Source: Eledone cirrhosa | Taxonomy: Eukaryota | Direction of reading: 5' to 3' | Assembly: GCA_964016885.1 (NCBI GenBank) | Contig: OZ024740.1 | Location: forward strand, 110,732,001-110,796,000 | DNA length: 64,000 bases | Shown here: positions 37,749-50,951 of the stretch, piece after piece | Layout: every line of letters starts with the position of its first letter | Numbering within the stretch: position 1 is the first letter of the stretch | Translations under genes and position numbers: made by a program | The notes under the pieces: generated by a model | Seen by the model: only the letters and a program-made list of their open reading frames with translations | Database searches by the model: none | What the model was told of the DNA's origin: nothing

Positions 37749-38799
37749 CTTATTTCCTTATCAAGAATAGCGAATATTCATTTTGTTATTATTAATATTT
37801 AACTCCAGGTCAAACTTGATCAAACCGATTTAGCGCTAAAAGCAATATCAGGAAACAAGAAACAATAATCCATGTAGAGTAGATGATTGACTAAAGAGGA
37901 AGCGGTGGCCACTAACTAATAATGGGTATGAGTTTGGCTTCTATAGTCAGTATTATTTTAGAGAAATATGAGACAAATATATACACCTGATATTTTACAG
38001 TTTACCGCTAAGCCACTTCCACTGGTCTCCTATCGAGTAGTATCCTATATGTGGATTCTCGGGTGTTTCTCATGATAATCAACATGAAATGAAGCATATT
38101 TGTCGAGGATGATCCAACGCCTGGGTCAGGAATCGAATCTCTGACCTTGTAATTGTGAGTCAATCACTAGGCTTCGTGTGTTTACATATGCACACACATA
38201 CAGAGCATTCATATATGATCTGGATACTCTCTCATTTTTTATTTATTCCATGTCTGTCTGCCACCCCTCTGTCACCCTCTCACTTTCCCCCTCTCTATTT
38301 TTCTCTTTCTTTCGCTCATTCTCTTTCTTATATTTGTTCTGTTCTTTCTCTCAGTAACTGTCTTCCTCTTTCTCATTCTCACTCCATCCATTTTCTCTCT
38401 CACTCTCTCTCTCTCTCTCTCTTTATATTTATCTTCTCCCTTTATATTTATCTTCATATTTCTCAACAGTATAGTTGCTGCCTCCATCACACTAATTCAT
38501 TCCCCCTCTATCACTCCCTTTCACACAATCTCACTCGCATACACATTCAATCTCATCTCTCTTTCTTTCTTTCTTTCTTTTCTTCTTTCTCTCTCTCTCT
38601 CTCTCTCTCTCTATGAGCTACACACACGCAACCCTTTCTCCATTTTCATAGCCTCTCTCTCGCTCACCCCTTCTCACTGTCCTCATACCACACACCCCTG
38701 CAGTAAACTCCAATCCAATATTTTAGTTGCTGAAACCAAAGAGATTAACGACCAATGAGGGACTAATTCTATTGAAACTGGTAGCTCTTGCGTATAAAA

Positions 38800-39270
38800 C
38801 AGACATACAATATACACAACATAGACATCGCAAGCACACTGTATAGATACCACAAATACCATGGACAGCACACACAACATAGACAGCATATACACAATGG
38901 ACAACAAACACAACATAGACACCACATACTCAATGGACAACATAGACAGCACATACACTATGGAAAACATAACATAGACATCACAAACACACAACATACA
39001 CAACATAGAAACCACATAAACACAACGTAGACAGCACATACACTATGGGCAGCACACACAACCTACAGCACACACAACACACACAATCTAGACACCACAA
39101 ACACACGACACACACAACCCAGGCACCACAAACACACAACATACACAGCATAGACACCACAAACACAACGTAGACAGCACATACACTATGGACAGCACAC
39201 ACAACATGGACACTACAAGTACACAACACACACAACATTGACACCATACGCAATACAATACAGACATCCA
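38800..39270. repeat. CA-rich degenerate minisatellite
   Basis: Recurring ACAACATAGACA(G/C)CAC(A). Confidence 0.8.
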
Positions 39271-39572
39271 TCTATACAGTTCAACAGTCAACATATCATA
39301 ATGATTTAATGACTGCCGTAACGTCTGCTGCTCTTTTCATTTATTGAAGTTACATGTCGGCTGCCAACTACACCACTAGTACCATTACCATCAACACAAC
39401 CACCATTACCATCATCACCACTACCGCTAACAACAATAACAACAACTAATACAATCACCGCCACCAATACCACCTTTATTTATTGAACTTTCATGTCACC
39501 ACCTTCAATATCTTATTTTTGCTTTTGTTACTGTTGTTGTTACTTTTATTTATGTATGTGTATATGTGTATG

Positions 39573-39613
<41 letters not shown>

Positions 39614-39729
39614 ACACATATATATATATATATATATGTATAAACATACACATACACACATACACACATACATACATATATATATATATATATATGTATG
39701 TATAAACAGGCACATACACACACATGCAC

Positions 39730-39772
<43 letters not shown>

Positions 39773-42199
39773 CACGTATATACATGTGTTGTTAAATACA
39801 GGAGTATTTGTGTCTATATACATTGGCGTTGTTTTGGTCCGACTGGTTGCTGTTTTCGTTATGAACACAGTGCAATAGAGACAATAGCGTGCAGAGTCAA
39901 GATTGTGTAATTGGGTAGAAGATGGGGGGAAGGAGGGGTCAATTCTAGTTTGATTACATGATGGTCTCTGAAGTAACACTAGCTGCTCACCCATGTATAC
40001 AGCAGAAACACTTAATTATAACTTGTCGCTTATGTGATGATAAACAAAACAAACAAAAAAAAAGAAAAACAAATAAAAGTGTTGCGGGAGGTACAGTTTG
40101 GATAGGGGACCTCCACCGTCAATGATAAAGAACATTAAAGAAATAAATTTTAAAATGAGATAAAAAATGAAATGGAAACTACAGGAAGTGAGATTGAATG
40201 TCGTGATGTGAAATATAAAAAATATATATCTCATATAAAACAATTACATTTTACAAACAGACAAAATATTCAAATATCACAATATTTAGACAGGAGGTGA
40301 CTATTGTTGCTATCGTTGGAGGTGGTGGACGCCATGTTGATATTAGTGTTGTTGTTGTTGTTGTTTAGCTACAGTTATTACATTTGTCGTTGGCGCTGTT
40401 TTTGTTGTTGGTGTTGACCTTCTTGTTATATATTGCTGCTGTTGATATTGCTGTTTTATTGGTAGTTGTTGCTTCTGTTGTTTATCTTTGTTGTCTAATT
40501 CGAAGTAAATGAGCTCTGACTGAGCAAACGTATACTGAGCGTCGTGTCTTGCCCCGAAACTAGTTTTAAATATCACACAGCAGGAAGTTACGTATTACCG
40601 ACCGCATTGCCCAACTGATAGAGAACTCTGAGCGTCTGACAACACTCTTTATGTTTAAAATTTGTCGCTGCTTGAGCCAGGTCACTCTCGAGTGCTACTG
40701 GTAGCGTGTAACCCAGTTCAGCCTGTCGCATGGTCGGGACACTCTGCAGGACAAAAAACAAAACCTGACAAAAGGCGGAAGAACTCACAAGAGTCAACTG
40801 CCATCTAACAAAGAAAAAAAAATCTTGCCAAATCAATGGGTGGCAGTAGTTCCAGCTGCACGCATCGAAAGTGTAGTGGTTCTGAGAACAACGGGGCTTT
40901 GCAGATGATCAATGCAAATTGAAAATGGAAAGGCGCTCCCGCTCGAGTTAGAAGAGAACTATTGACCTTCAGGAGAAGCAACGACCCCTGATTGTATTCA
41001 ACAACCGAAACAAATATGAAATAAACCAAATCCAACGCTCCTAGGGGCGGCCCTGGTTCTTCTTATTTGAGAGTGTAAATTCGGCCAGATTAGAGATTAG
41101 ATTAAATTGCTTGAGCCAGGGCATACAGGAAATATTTTGTACATTTGGGTTACAATGCATGAGGAGCTGGACAATTTGATATCAAACAAACGTAGATGCA
41201 AAGAAGGGACAGATGAAATGGATAAAATACGAAAAACATTTAGGGTTACACATCCACACACGAATGAGAACCCACTAGTTAAATCTAGTCAGCAATATAC
41301 TTCCATACGCACAGAAAAATATTTCTGTTCGCCCATCATACATCATAAAGCACCCGGAGATTATTGAAATATATCTTAAACATTTCTTCGATGAAGTCAT
41401 CAATAAAAACATCCGCATCTTCTGGACAAATGCACTTTATATTTTGGTATGCCTCTTCCGTCTTTAAAATTTTATTATCCTGAATCGCGCAGTAGTAATC
41501 CCTATTTCCGTGTCGCTCTACATATTGCATGGATTTACCCCCTCCAATGTACACACCTTATTAAGCAAACCAATGTTACTGGTTCAAACAAGCGTGTATT
41601 TTAAAGAATCACTTTGTATAACTGATTTCTATTTTTTCTTTTTATATAATAATAATTGTTTTTACTTTTTTCACAAGGCAAGCAATTTGAAGGGGAGGGG
41701 AAAGTCGATTAAATCGATCCCAGTGCGTTATATGTACGTTATTTTATCGATCCCATAAGGATGAAAACAAAGTTTATTACCAGGAAACACTCGGTAGTAA
41801 CCGCCCCCCCTTTCCTTGCCCATCTATATATTGCTAATACAATAATAATAAAAATAATGAATTGTTTTATTTGCCACAGGAGTGTCAGATGAAGGGGTTA
41901 TTACAAAGGTATGTTACATGATTTGATGGGGTTAACACAGAAATTGATTGACGTAAAATAACAGGATCCAAAAAGTTGTTGAGATAAAACATATACATAG
42001 TGTAGTGGTGAAACAGTCCTATATCTGTACACAAGGACCTCAGTAGGGACGATAGAGGAACTCTACACAATTTACGGTCAATCTGACCGCCAAAAGCATA
42101 AAAATAATAGTAATGATATTTGACACAATGTAAATGGAAAAGGAAGCAATCGATAACAGTAACAAAACAAATATCAACAACGTTTACAGCTATAACCAT

Positions 42200-42231
<32 letters not shown>

Positions 42232-42317
42232 GTAGTAGTGGTGGTAGCGGTAGTAGTAGTAATAGTAGCAGTAGTAGTAGCAACAGTAGTAGTAGCAACA
42301 GTATTATTATTATTACA

Positions 42318-42437
42318 GTCTGAGTTCAAATCCCGCCAAGGTTAACTTTGCCTTTCATCCTTACAGGGTCGATAAAATAAAGTACCAGTAATGTACTGGG
42401 TAATTGCTGGCCTTGTGCCTAAAGTAGAAACAATTAT
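42318..42437 (+). mobile_element. 5'-truncated Meta-type SINE
   Basis: B box plus core and tail. Confidence 0.85.
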
Positions 42438-42810
42438 TATTATTATTATTATTATTAGTAGTAGTAGTAGTAGATGAGGAGGATTTCTTTAATAACCACA
42501 AAAGGTTTACGAAAGATCGAGGATGATACAATGATATATTTTATTTGCCACAAGGGCATCGGATAAATGAGATATTACACAGGCAAATTTCAACATAAAG
42601 TATGAGTGGGGAGGGGGAACATAGAAAAGAAAAAAATATAGGATGTAAATAGACAGGAGTAAGAGAGAGAGAGAGACAGAAGCAAACCAAGCACTCAATA
42701 GGAACCTAATGAAATAATTCGGTTACGGCTGATATATTCAATATGGCTGCCGCCTCTATAATATATTGTTGGAGTTTTCGGTGTATGTATGTATATATGT
42801 ATTATGAATT

Positions 42811-42842
<32 letters not shown>

Positions 42843-43561
42843 TGTATGTATGTATGTATGTATGTATGTATGTATGTATGTATGTATGCATGTATGTATG
42901 TATGCATGTATGTATATATGCATGTATGTAGTATGTATGTATCTATTTATATATATATGTATGTGTGTAATATGTATGTATCTATATATATATATGTATA
43001 TATGTATGTATGTTTATATATGTACTTATGTATGTATATGTATACATATATATGTATGTATGTGTGTATGTAGTATTTATGTATATATATTTGGACGTAT
43101 ATTTATGTATTTGTGTAATATGTATGTATGTAGGTACATAAGTTTATGTATGTATGTATATATGTATGTTTGTATGTATGTATGTATGTGTGTGTGAATG
43201 TATGTGTGTATGCATGTATGTATGTATGTATATATGTATGTATGTATGCATGTGTGTATGCATGTGTGTATGCATGTATGTATGTACGTACGTGTGGGGT
43301 GGTCTAACTGTTGTGTAACCACTTCTACCTAACTCGTCCCATGGACTGAGTGCTCTACCACTACTGATATTACGTTCCAGTGTTCTACCACTATATATAT
43401 ATATATATTTGCTTCAATATATTTTATATTTATATAATAAATCTAGATAATTTTTATTTTTTAGTTTTGTTTCCTTTTTAAGCATTTTCTATGTCTGTTT
43501 AGTGGTAACACCATTGTTTCAAATAACACACACGCACTATATATATATATATATATATATA

Positions 43562-43790
43562 GCGAAGGAAAAGTGGTAAGGAACCAGGTGGACCATAACG
43601 CACCAAAGTACTCAATACTTAGGGTAGTAGAGTGGGTAATAGGAGTAAGTGAGACCCCGACGGCTGAGCTCAAGCCGTTTCGACGGCTAATTCTGTACTC
43701 AAGAAGCAATCGATAATTCGACGGCTAATTGAGTACAGAATTAGCCGTCGAAACGGCTTGAGCTCAGCCGTCGGGGTCTTACTTACTCAT
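43562..43790. mobile_element. Family B fold-back element (hammerhead 3' half)
   Basis: GAATTAGCCGTC-GAAAC-GGCT TGAGCTCA GCC-GTC-GGGG in inverted arms; (TA)n flanks. Confidence 0.82.
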
Positions 43791-43805
43791 ATATATATAT
43801 ATATA

Positions 43806-44046
43806 TATTGTTATATTTTGGGAGGGTCATGTTGCCAATAAGAAACACACGCACCGGATGCTTTCACTTCAATTTATTATAAATTAAATTCATAAATTTA
43901 GGAATTTATAAATTTCCGGTTGGTTGGTTGGTTCCACAACCAGACGATTGTTCATATATTGTCAAAGTTCTTTCGTCACACATTAACAATATCGGTTTCA
44001 ACACACGTTTTCAGATAAAGAATCTTGCTAAACAAATTCAGAAACG

Positions 44047-44047
<1 letters not shown>
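43806..44047 (-). mobile_element. pLTR fragment of the 1461-4397 family joined to its inverted tail
   Basis: Matches about 1520-1678, stops in HHR stem II (TTCGTCACACAT), then reverse complement of 1461-1525. Confidence 0.85.
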
Positions 44048-44088
<41 letters not shown>

Positions 44089-44099
44089 TTTACACAGAT

Positions 44100-44268
44100 A
44101 TTAGAAATTAGAAATTATAAGCTTTCACCGTATTTTAGACTAAAGAAATTTCTAGCCTGATAGTGGGGTTTATAACCCTCGGAGAAATGGAAAAGATGAG
44201 TGTTGCCGTACATGGGAGTCGAACCCACATCTTTGGTTATCCAGACCACTGTGTTACCATTACACCGA
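44100..44268 (-). mobile_element. tRNA-derived SINE-like fragment
   Basis: Minus strand GGTGTAATGGTA (A box/D arm), GTGGG TTCGACT CCCAT (T arm); 5' acceptor strand replaced by (TA)n. Confidence 0.55.
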
Positions 44269-44293
44269 TATATATATATAATATATAATATAT

Positions 44294-44630
44294 GTAGAGG
44301 TTATATTTAATTTGTTGGGATACAACAAGCAAAATATTTTTATAAGTGATATAAAGCACTCAACAAATTATTTGAGTAAATATACAATTATTTGAGTAAA
44401 TATACAAATGGAAACTTTATTTATAAAACCATATTTATTTCATTATACATATTTCAAGGGCCACCAAAGTAAACTATAAGGGTATGTCAATATTTATTTA
44501 TAAAACTAACCTATATTATATTTTATCTGATGAAAGCGCACCATAGTTTACTTTGGTGGCCCTTGAAATATGTATAATGAAATAAATATGGTTTTATAAA
44601 TATAGTTTCCATTTGTTAATATATTGTAAT
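44294..44630. mobile_element. Family C inverted pLTR pair; intact HHR 44521-44582 (+), left arm truncated in the stem II loop
   Basis: TTTTAT-CTGATGA-AAGcgCACCA..TGGTGgccCTT-GAAA TATGTA TA-ATGAAA. Confidence 0.82.
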
Positions 44631-45092
44631 ATATAATATATATATATATGTGTAAATATATATCCTCCTCTCTCTCTTTCTCCCCTGTATCTCTATTTGT
44701 TGTCTTTTTTATATTCTTCTTTCCGTCGTCCATATTTTTCTTTCTTTCGTTCTTATCTATTTATCTATTTTTTTTATTCATTTTTTTCTTTTGTTTCATT
44801 TCTTTCTTACTGTATTTCTTTTCCTCTTTTATTTCCTTCATTTATCCTTTCTTCTATTTTTCTATCATTCTTTCTATGTATTTCTCTTTGTTTATTTCTC
44901 TTTGTTTATTTCTCTTTGTTTATTTCAATGTTATCTTTCTGTTTTCTTTTCTTCTATATTTATTTATTTGTTTCTTTCTTTATTTTCCTTCCTCTCTTTC
45001 TCTCCTCCTTTTTATTTCCCTCAACTTCTCTCATTAATTCTCTATTCCGCTCCTCGTTTCTGTTCTTCCTTTCTTCCTCTCTCTCTGTCTAA

Positions 45093-45175
<83 letters not shown>

Positions 45176-45314
45176 CCTCCCTCTCTCAACAACTCATTCA
45201 TTTCATTCATTCCACCATTCTTCATTTTCTTTTTAACTTTTATTTATCCTTCTTTTACTTATTCACCACTATTCTCCTTCACTCTTTTGCGTATTCCAGC
45301 TGACAGGCGGGTGT

Positions 45315-45679
45315 CATGCTGTAGCACGACGACTGAGGCCATGCTGTAGTACGATGCCTGAGGCCATGCTGTAGCACGATGGCTGAGGTAATGCTGTAGT
45401 ACGATAACTGAGGCCATGCTGTAGTACGATGACTGAGGCCATGCTGTAGCACGATGACTGAGGACATGCTGTAGTACGATGACTGAGGCCATGCTGTAGC
45501 ACGATGACTGAGGCCATGCTGTAGTACGATAACTGAGGCCATGCTGTAGCACGATGACTGAGACCATGCTGTAGTACGATGACTGAGGCCATGCTGTAGC
45601 ACCATGACTAAGGCCATGCTGTAACACCATGACTAAGGCCATGCTGTAGTCCCATGATTGAGGCCATGCTGTAGTACCA
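45315..45679. repeat. 25-bp minisatellite, about 14.5 copies, with mostly alternating C/T variants
   Basis: CATGCTGTAG(C/T)ACGATGACTGAGGC. Confidence 0.95.
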
Positions 45680-45726
45680 CCACTTTTCTTCTTTTTTCTA
45701 ATTTTTCTTCTTTCGTTTCTACATAG

Positions 45727-46480
45727 TTATTGTGCTGCTGCTGTTGCTACTTTTGTTGTAATGGTTGTTGTTGCTGCTGTTGCTACTGCCGCAAGTGTTG
45801 TTGTTGTTGTTGTTATTGCTAGTGTTGTGGTGTTGATGCTTGTTGTTATTGCTAGTGTTGTCGAGCTGGCTGTTAGTGCTAGTGTTGATTTTGTTGTTGT
45901 TGTTTTTACTATTGTGGTAGTGGTTGTTGTTATTGTTGTTATTGCTAGTGTTGTGGTGATGCTTGTTGTTGCTATTTTTGCTAGTGCTCTTGTGGTTGTT
46001 GTTGTTATTGTTAGTGTTGTTGTTGTTGTCATTGCTAAATTTGTGGTGGTGTTTGTTGTTGTTATTGCTAGTGTTGTGGTTGTTGTTGTTGTTGTTATTA
46101 TTGTTAGTATTGTTGTTGTTGTCATTGCTTTTGGTGGGTGTTGTTATTATTGCTAGTGATGTTGTTGTTGTTTTTGTTGTTGTTATTGCTAGATTCGTGG
46201 TGGTGGTTATTGTTGTTATTGCTATTAGTGGTGGTCGTTATTGTTGTTATTGCTAGTGTTGTTATTGTTGTTGTTGTTGTTGCAGCTGCTAGATTTGTGA
46301 TGGTGTTTGTTGTTAATATTAGTGTTATGGTGGTGGTTATTGTAGTTATTGCTAGTGTTGTTGTTGAAGTTGCTTTTGGTGGTTGTTGTTGTTATTATTG
46401 CTAGTGTTGTTGTTGTTGTTGCTGCTAGATTTGTGGTGGTGGTTGTTGTTGTTATTGCTAGTGTTGTTGTTGTTGTTCTC
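45727..46480. repeat. Degenerate (GTT)n trinucleotide tract with recurring ATTGCTAGT
   Basis: Direct inspection. Confidence 0.9.
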
Positions 46481-46585
46481 AGAGCTATGAATGTAAATTA
46501 CGATGATGAACTACTTCAACACAGACCAATGGGAAGAAATATGTTCCTTTTTTTCTATCAGCAATGTAAAGAATAGAGGTGACGG

Positions 46586-46643
<58 letters not shown>

Positions 46644-46737
46644 GAGGAACAAGAGTTTTATTCTTTATTCCACTTACAGACAGAAATGGATTGAGACTTT
46701 CCGAAATGGACACATCACATATCATTGTTGTAGGTGA

Positions 46738-46778
<41 letters not shown>

Positions 46779-47399
46779 CATCTACAACAATGATACGTGT
46801 ATGATATACATATATACATATGTATATATATATATATTTTTTTTTTATATATACATATGCATATACATATATATGTGCGGATGTATATATATATATATAC
46901 ATACACGCGCACAAACACACATATGTATTTGTGCTTGCTAGGGTGTACATACAAGAGTGTGCGTGTGTGTAAGTATGCAAATGGGTATGAAAATGTATGT
47001 GTATATATTAATGGTGGAGTAGGCGATCGACATCCTAACGATATTTATTTCATTATTTTTTTCGTTTTATTAACTTAGTAAATATAAAATTACTCAAGTA
47101 AGATAAAGCTGGGCAGGGAATATTACATCATATGGTGTGAGTAAAGACGTCGTGCTTCCCATCCATTCCACCACGTCTGTCAGGTCATATCACCAAGAAG
47201 AAGACATGCAGAGATTTCTATAGTTATATGAATTATGAACTCGGGCAGGGGACACTGTCACCATCTTGAAAAAAAGTGAGTGAAAGTGTTGTGATTGTCG
47301 TCACACAATCCAAACATACACACACGTAAACAGAAATACACACACACTCACACTCTCTCTCTCTCTCACTCTCTCTCTCTCTCACTCTCTCACTCTCTC

Positions 47400-47745
47400 A
47401 CTCTTGTGTATATACATATTTGCACTAAGAATGTAGTCGATGTAAGGTATATATACACACACGTACACACATAAATACACACACACACACACACACACAA
47501 ATCCGCACACGCATACACACACACTCTCTCACTCACTCGTGTATATATACATATTTGCAATAAGAATGTAGTCGATGTAAGGTATATATATATACACACG
47601 TGCACACATAAATACACACACACATACAAACACACACACGCATACACACTCCCTCACTTACTCGTGTATATACATATTTGCAATAAGAATGTAGTCGATG
47701 TAATGTATACACACACACGTACACACATAAATACACACACACGTG
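47400..47745. repeat. Three-copy approximately 125-135 bp minisatellite
   Basis: TACATATTTGCA.TAAGAATGTAGTCGATGTAA repeated. Confidence 0.85.
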
Positions 47746-47872
47746 TGTACACTAACAGATATAGTAGTTCTAAGAGATATGGTGTGTTTCATAGGTTTCA
47801 CATATCATCTGATGACACACACCTCTATGAAAGAGTGATAACCTATTTTATAGTATATACAAGCATCTGAAT

Positions 47873-47920
<48 letters not shown>

Positions 47921-47931
<11 letters not shown>

Positions 47932-48348
47932 CACGGGTGTGTATGATTGTGTATAGAAGATTATATTAATAAAAGGAATTCCAACTTTGTCTGATTTACT
48001 CGTTTTATTTACAATCCTTTAAATTTATAATGATATTATAATGAAATAGTATGGTAGAATATTAAATGTTAAGATTTAATTGAACAAGTACTTTCATGCT
48101 TTCGCAATCTTCAGGTTCACATTATGTGGTGACAGTCAAGTTTGCAATTTTCAACTGTTGAAAATTGCAGCCTTGACTGTCACCACACATTATGAACCTG
48201 AAGATTGCGAAAGCATGAAAGTAGTTGTTCAATTAACACTTAACATTTAATATTCTACCATACTATTTCATTCTAATGCCATTATAAATTTAAAGGATTG
48301 TAAATAAAACGAGTAAATCAGACAAAGTTGGAATTCCTTTTATTAATA
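47921..48348. mobile_element. Family D hairpin element, second copy, with HHRs 48081-48119 (-) and 48193-48231 (+)
   Basis: Homologous to 24822-25240 with the tail on the opposite side; centre TTTTCAAC-T-GTTGAAAA. Confidence 0.9.
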
Positions 48349-48362
48349 TATATATATATATA

Positions 48363-48549
48363 AGAAGGAAATGTGGTAAGGAACCAGGTGGACCATAACG
48401 CACCAAAGTACTCAATACTTAGGGTAGTAGAGTGGGTAATAGGAACGAGTAGGACCCCGACGGCTGAGCTCAAGCCGTTTCGACGGCTAATTCTAGACAG
48501 AATTAGCCGTCGAAACGGCTTGAGCTCAGCTGTCGGGGTCCTACTCGTT

Positions 48550-48553
<4 letters not shown>
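48363..48553. mobile_element. Family B fold-back element centred on a GACGGCTAATTCT-agac-AGAATTAGCCGTC hairpin
   Basis: Inverted arms with GAAAC...GTC; (TA)n flanks. Confidence 0.85.
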
Positions 48554-48592
<39 letters not shown>

Positions 48593-48967
48593 ATAATAAT
48601 AATAATAAATTTGAAGACTAAAATCCAAAGAGGGCTCGATAAGGATAGATATATATCAAATATATAAGAACCCTAGAGCAAATATTTATTAAGGGTGAAA
48701 GCAGCGATTATTTGCTTAAACTTTAATCTGTTATTTTAAGAAAAATATATTCTTTTCTTTTCAATGGCTGACAATACCTGACGGCCCCACTCGAATAAGG
48801 TAGTTATTTAACCTATAAATGGGGCCCTAACAGGTACTACTACTCCGAGCCAGAGCAGACCTGGGAGTTATGACAACTAAGGGGTAACTCCACATACCCC
48901 GCAGCTCCTGAACACCCGAACTGGAGCCTTGCCACTGAGTGTAGTTTAATGTCATACCCAGGACAAA

Positions 48968-49011
<44 letters not shown>

Positions 49012-49020
49012 GTATATATA

Positions 49021-49452
49021 GGAGAAAGTATGACCCCGACGGCAGAGCTCAAGCCGTTTGGACGACTATTTCTGGACTAAAGTAAGAGTTTTTTTAGTCT
49101 GGTAAATAAATAGCCGAACTTATGGGAAGATTGTAGTTGTCAAGGGATTGGTCAAAATTTGTAGCAGACACAAAAAAGTCTATCATAGCAGTGGGGCGGG
49201 GAGGGGGTGGCTGAACTTTCTTGTAGAACAATAGGGGAGTGGTTCGTCTTTTTTGTTTAGGAGCTGATCCTTCGTAAACAGCATTTGTAATGTTTCCTCT
49301 GAGCATAAGTTACACGGACGGCTTCCTCCCGTGTAAGAGTTAGCTCTGGACTGTAAGCTTCAAGTAAGATCGTATTACCCACTCTACTACCCTAAGTATT
49401 GAGTACTCTGGTGCATTATTGTCCATCTGGTTCCTTACCACAACTCCTTCGT
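49021..49452. mobile_element. Diverged family B inverted pLTR element
   Basis: GACCCCGACGGCAGAGCTCAAGCCGTTT at left, family tail at right, (TA)n flanks. Confidence 0.7.
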
Positions 49453-49472
49453 TATATATATATATATATATT

Positions 49473-49650
49473 GTCGATCGACTTTCGTCAAATCGGACCG
49501 AGGAAACAATGTTTCCGTTGGTCTTTCCAATTGCTGATACTATCTATCGGTCGCAACTCCAGGTAGAAGGAGCGACGGGAAATAAAGGGTCTTGCTGAAG
49601 GACATAACGCATTGCTCGATGCAGGAATAGAACTCACAACCTCACCATTC
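49473..49650 (-). mobile_element. tRNA-derived SINE (family of 55238-55447)
   Basis: Reverse-complement homology to 55280-55447. Confidence 0.8.
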
Positions 49651-49904
49651 ACTATTAGTTTTAAAGTAGTTACTATATCACTTACTTATACTTTCGGCAA
49701 AGGCTGAGAAAATGGCTTACAGCTATTTCTGGGTGCTTGGTGTTGATCAAAAAGCCTTTGCCGAAAATATAAATAAGTGACATAGTCACTACTTTAAAAG
49801 TGATACCGAATGGTGTTCTAAATGTTTTTAATTAAACATACGGTATATTGCCAAATATATATGTACTATACATACATTCATGCACACATCGGTATTTCAG
49901 AGTA

Positions 49905-49957
<53 letters not shown>

Positions 49958-49963
<6 letters not shown>

Positions 49964-50341
49964 TCAGGTTATCAATAATGTAGTGATAATATATCGTTAC
50001 GTTAGAGATGAACAGCGTACGTGCAGGTTTGCTCAACGAGTATAAATTATATTCCGGAGAAATGTAGAAAGGATGAATATAAAATGAAAGTGCTTTTGTT
50101 AAAAAAGGAATTTATTAGGTATTGACATGTTTCTGTAACAGACCGAATACCTATGTATCGCTGCTTGCGTAATCATATAATGTTAGCAAGTATTCGATAG
50201 CAAATATTTGCTATCGAATACTTGCTAACATTATATGATTACGCAAGCAGCGATACATAGGTATTCGGTCTGTTACAGAAACATGTCAATACCTAATAAA
50301 TTCCTTTTTTAACAAAAGCACTTTCATTTTATATTCATCCT

Positions 50342-50346
<5 letters not shown>
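49958..50346. mobile_element. Spacer-less perfect palindrome (141-bp arms, 50065-50346) with one-sided tail; hammerhead 3' half GAAAC-AU-GUC
   Basis: Centre at 50205/50206; (TA)n flanks. Confidence 0.85.
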
Positions 50347-50412
<66 letters not shown>

Positions 50413-50779
50413 TTAACACAAATCAATATATTTGATAAACACAAATATCCTCATATTTATGTTTGTATTGTAAATGACCAAGTTAGCTAGATAGAAATAT
50501 ACTAATAATAATATTACAGTTTGCCTATCATGACTTAAGATAATACATCATAAATCAACAAAAACAAATTGTATTGGCAATGGCCGTAGTGCTTGGACAA
50601 ATTTAAATTTCAAAATCAAACCTGTTCCGTAGACAGGTTTAAACCTTAAAATCCAAATATGTTTCGAATAATGAAAAAGTGGAAGAAAATACCGCATGTT
50701 GATCTCTTCAGCAAGCACTATAAAAATTGGTATGTTCCACTTCAAAATATTTAGGAAGACTGTTTAGCGCACGAGGTAA

Positions 50780-50882
<103 letters not shown>

Positions 50883-50913
50883 TTTGGTGAGCAGATATCT
50901 ATCTATCTATCTA

Positions 50914-50949
<36 letters not shown>

Positions 50950-50951
<2 letters not shown>

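Noticed and set aside
44195-44268. Possible tRNA gene
   Set aside because: 5' acceptor strand missing and anticodon arm imperfect; better explained as a SINE head
45315-45679. CRISPR-like regular repeats
   Set aside because: No unique spacers, eukaryotic context, no cas genes; simple 25-bp tandem array
45727-46576. Thr-rich and Val-rich long ORFs resembling mucin or membrane proteins
   Set aside because: Translations of a degenerate (GTT)n tract; open in several frames on both strands
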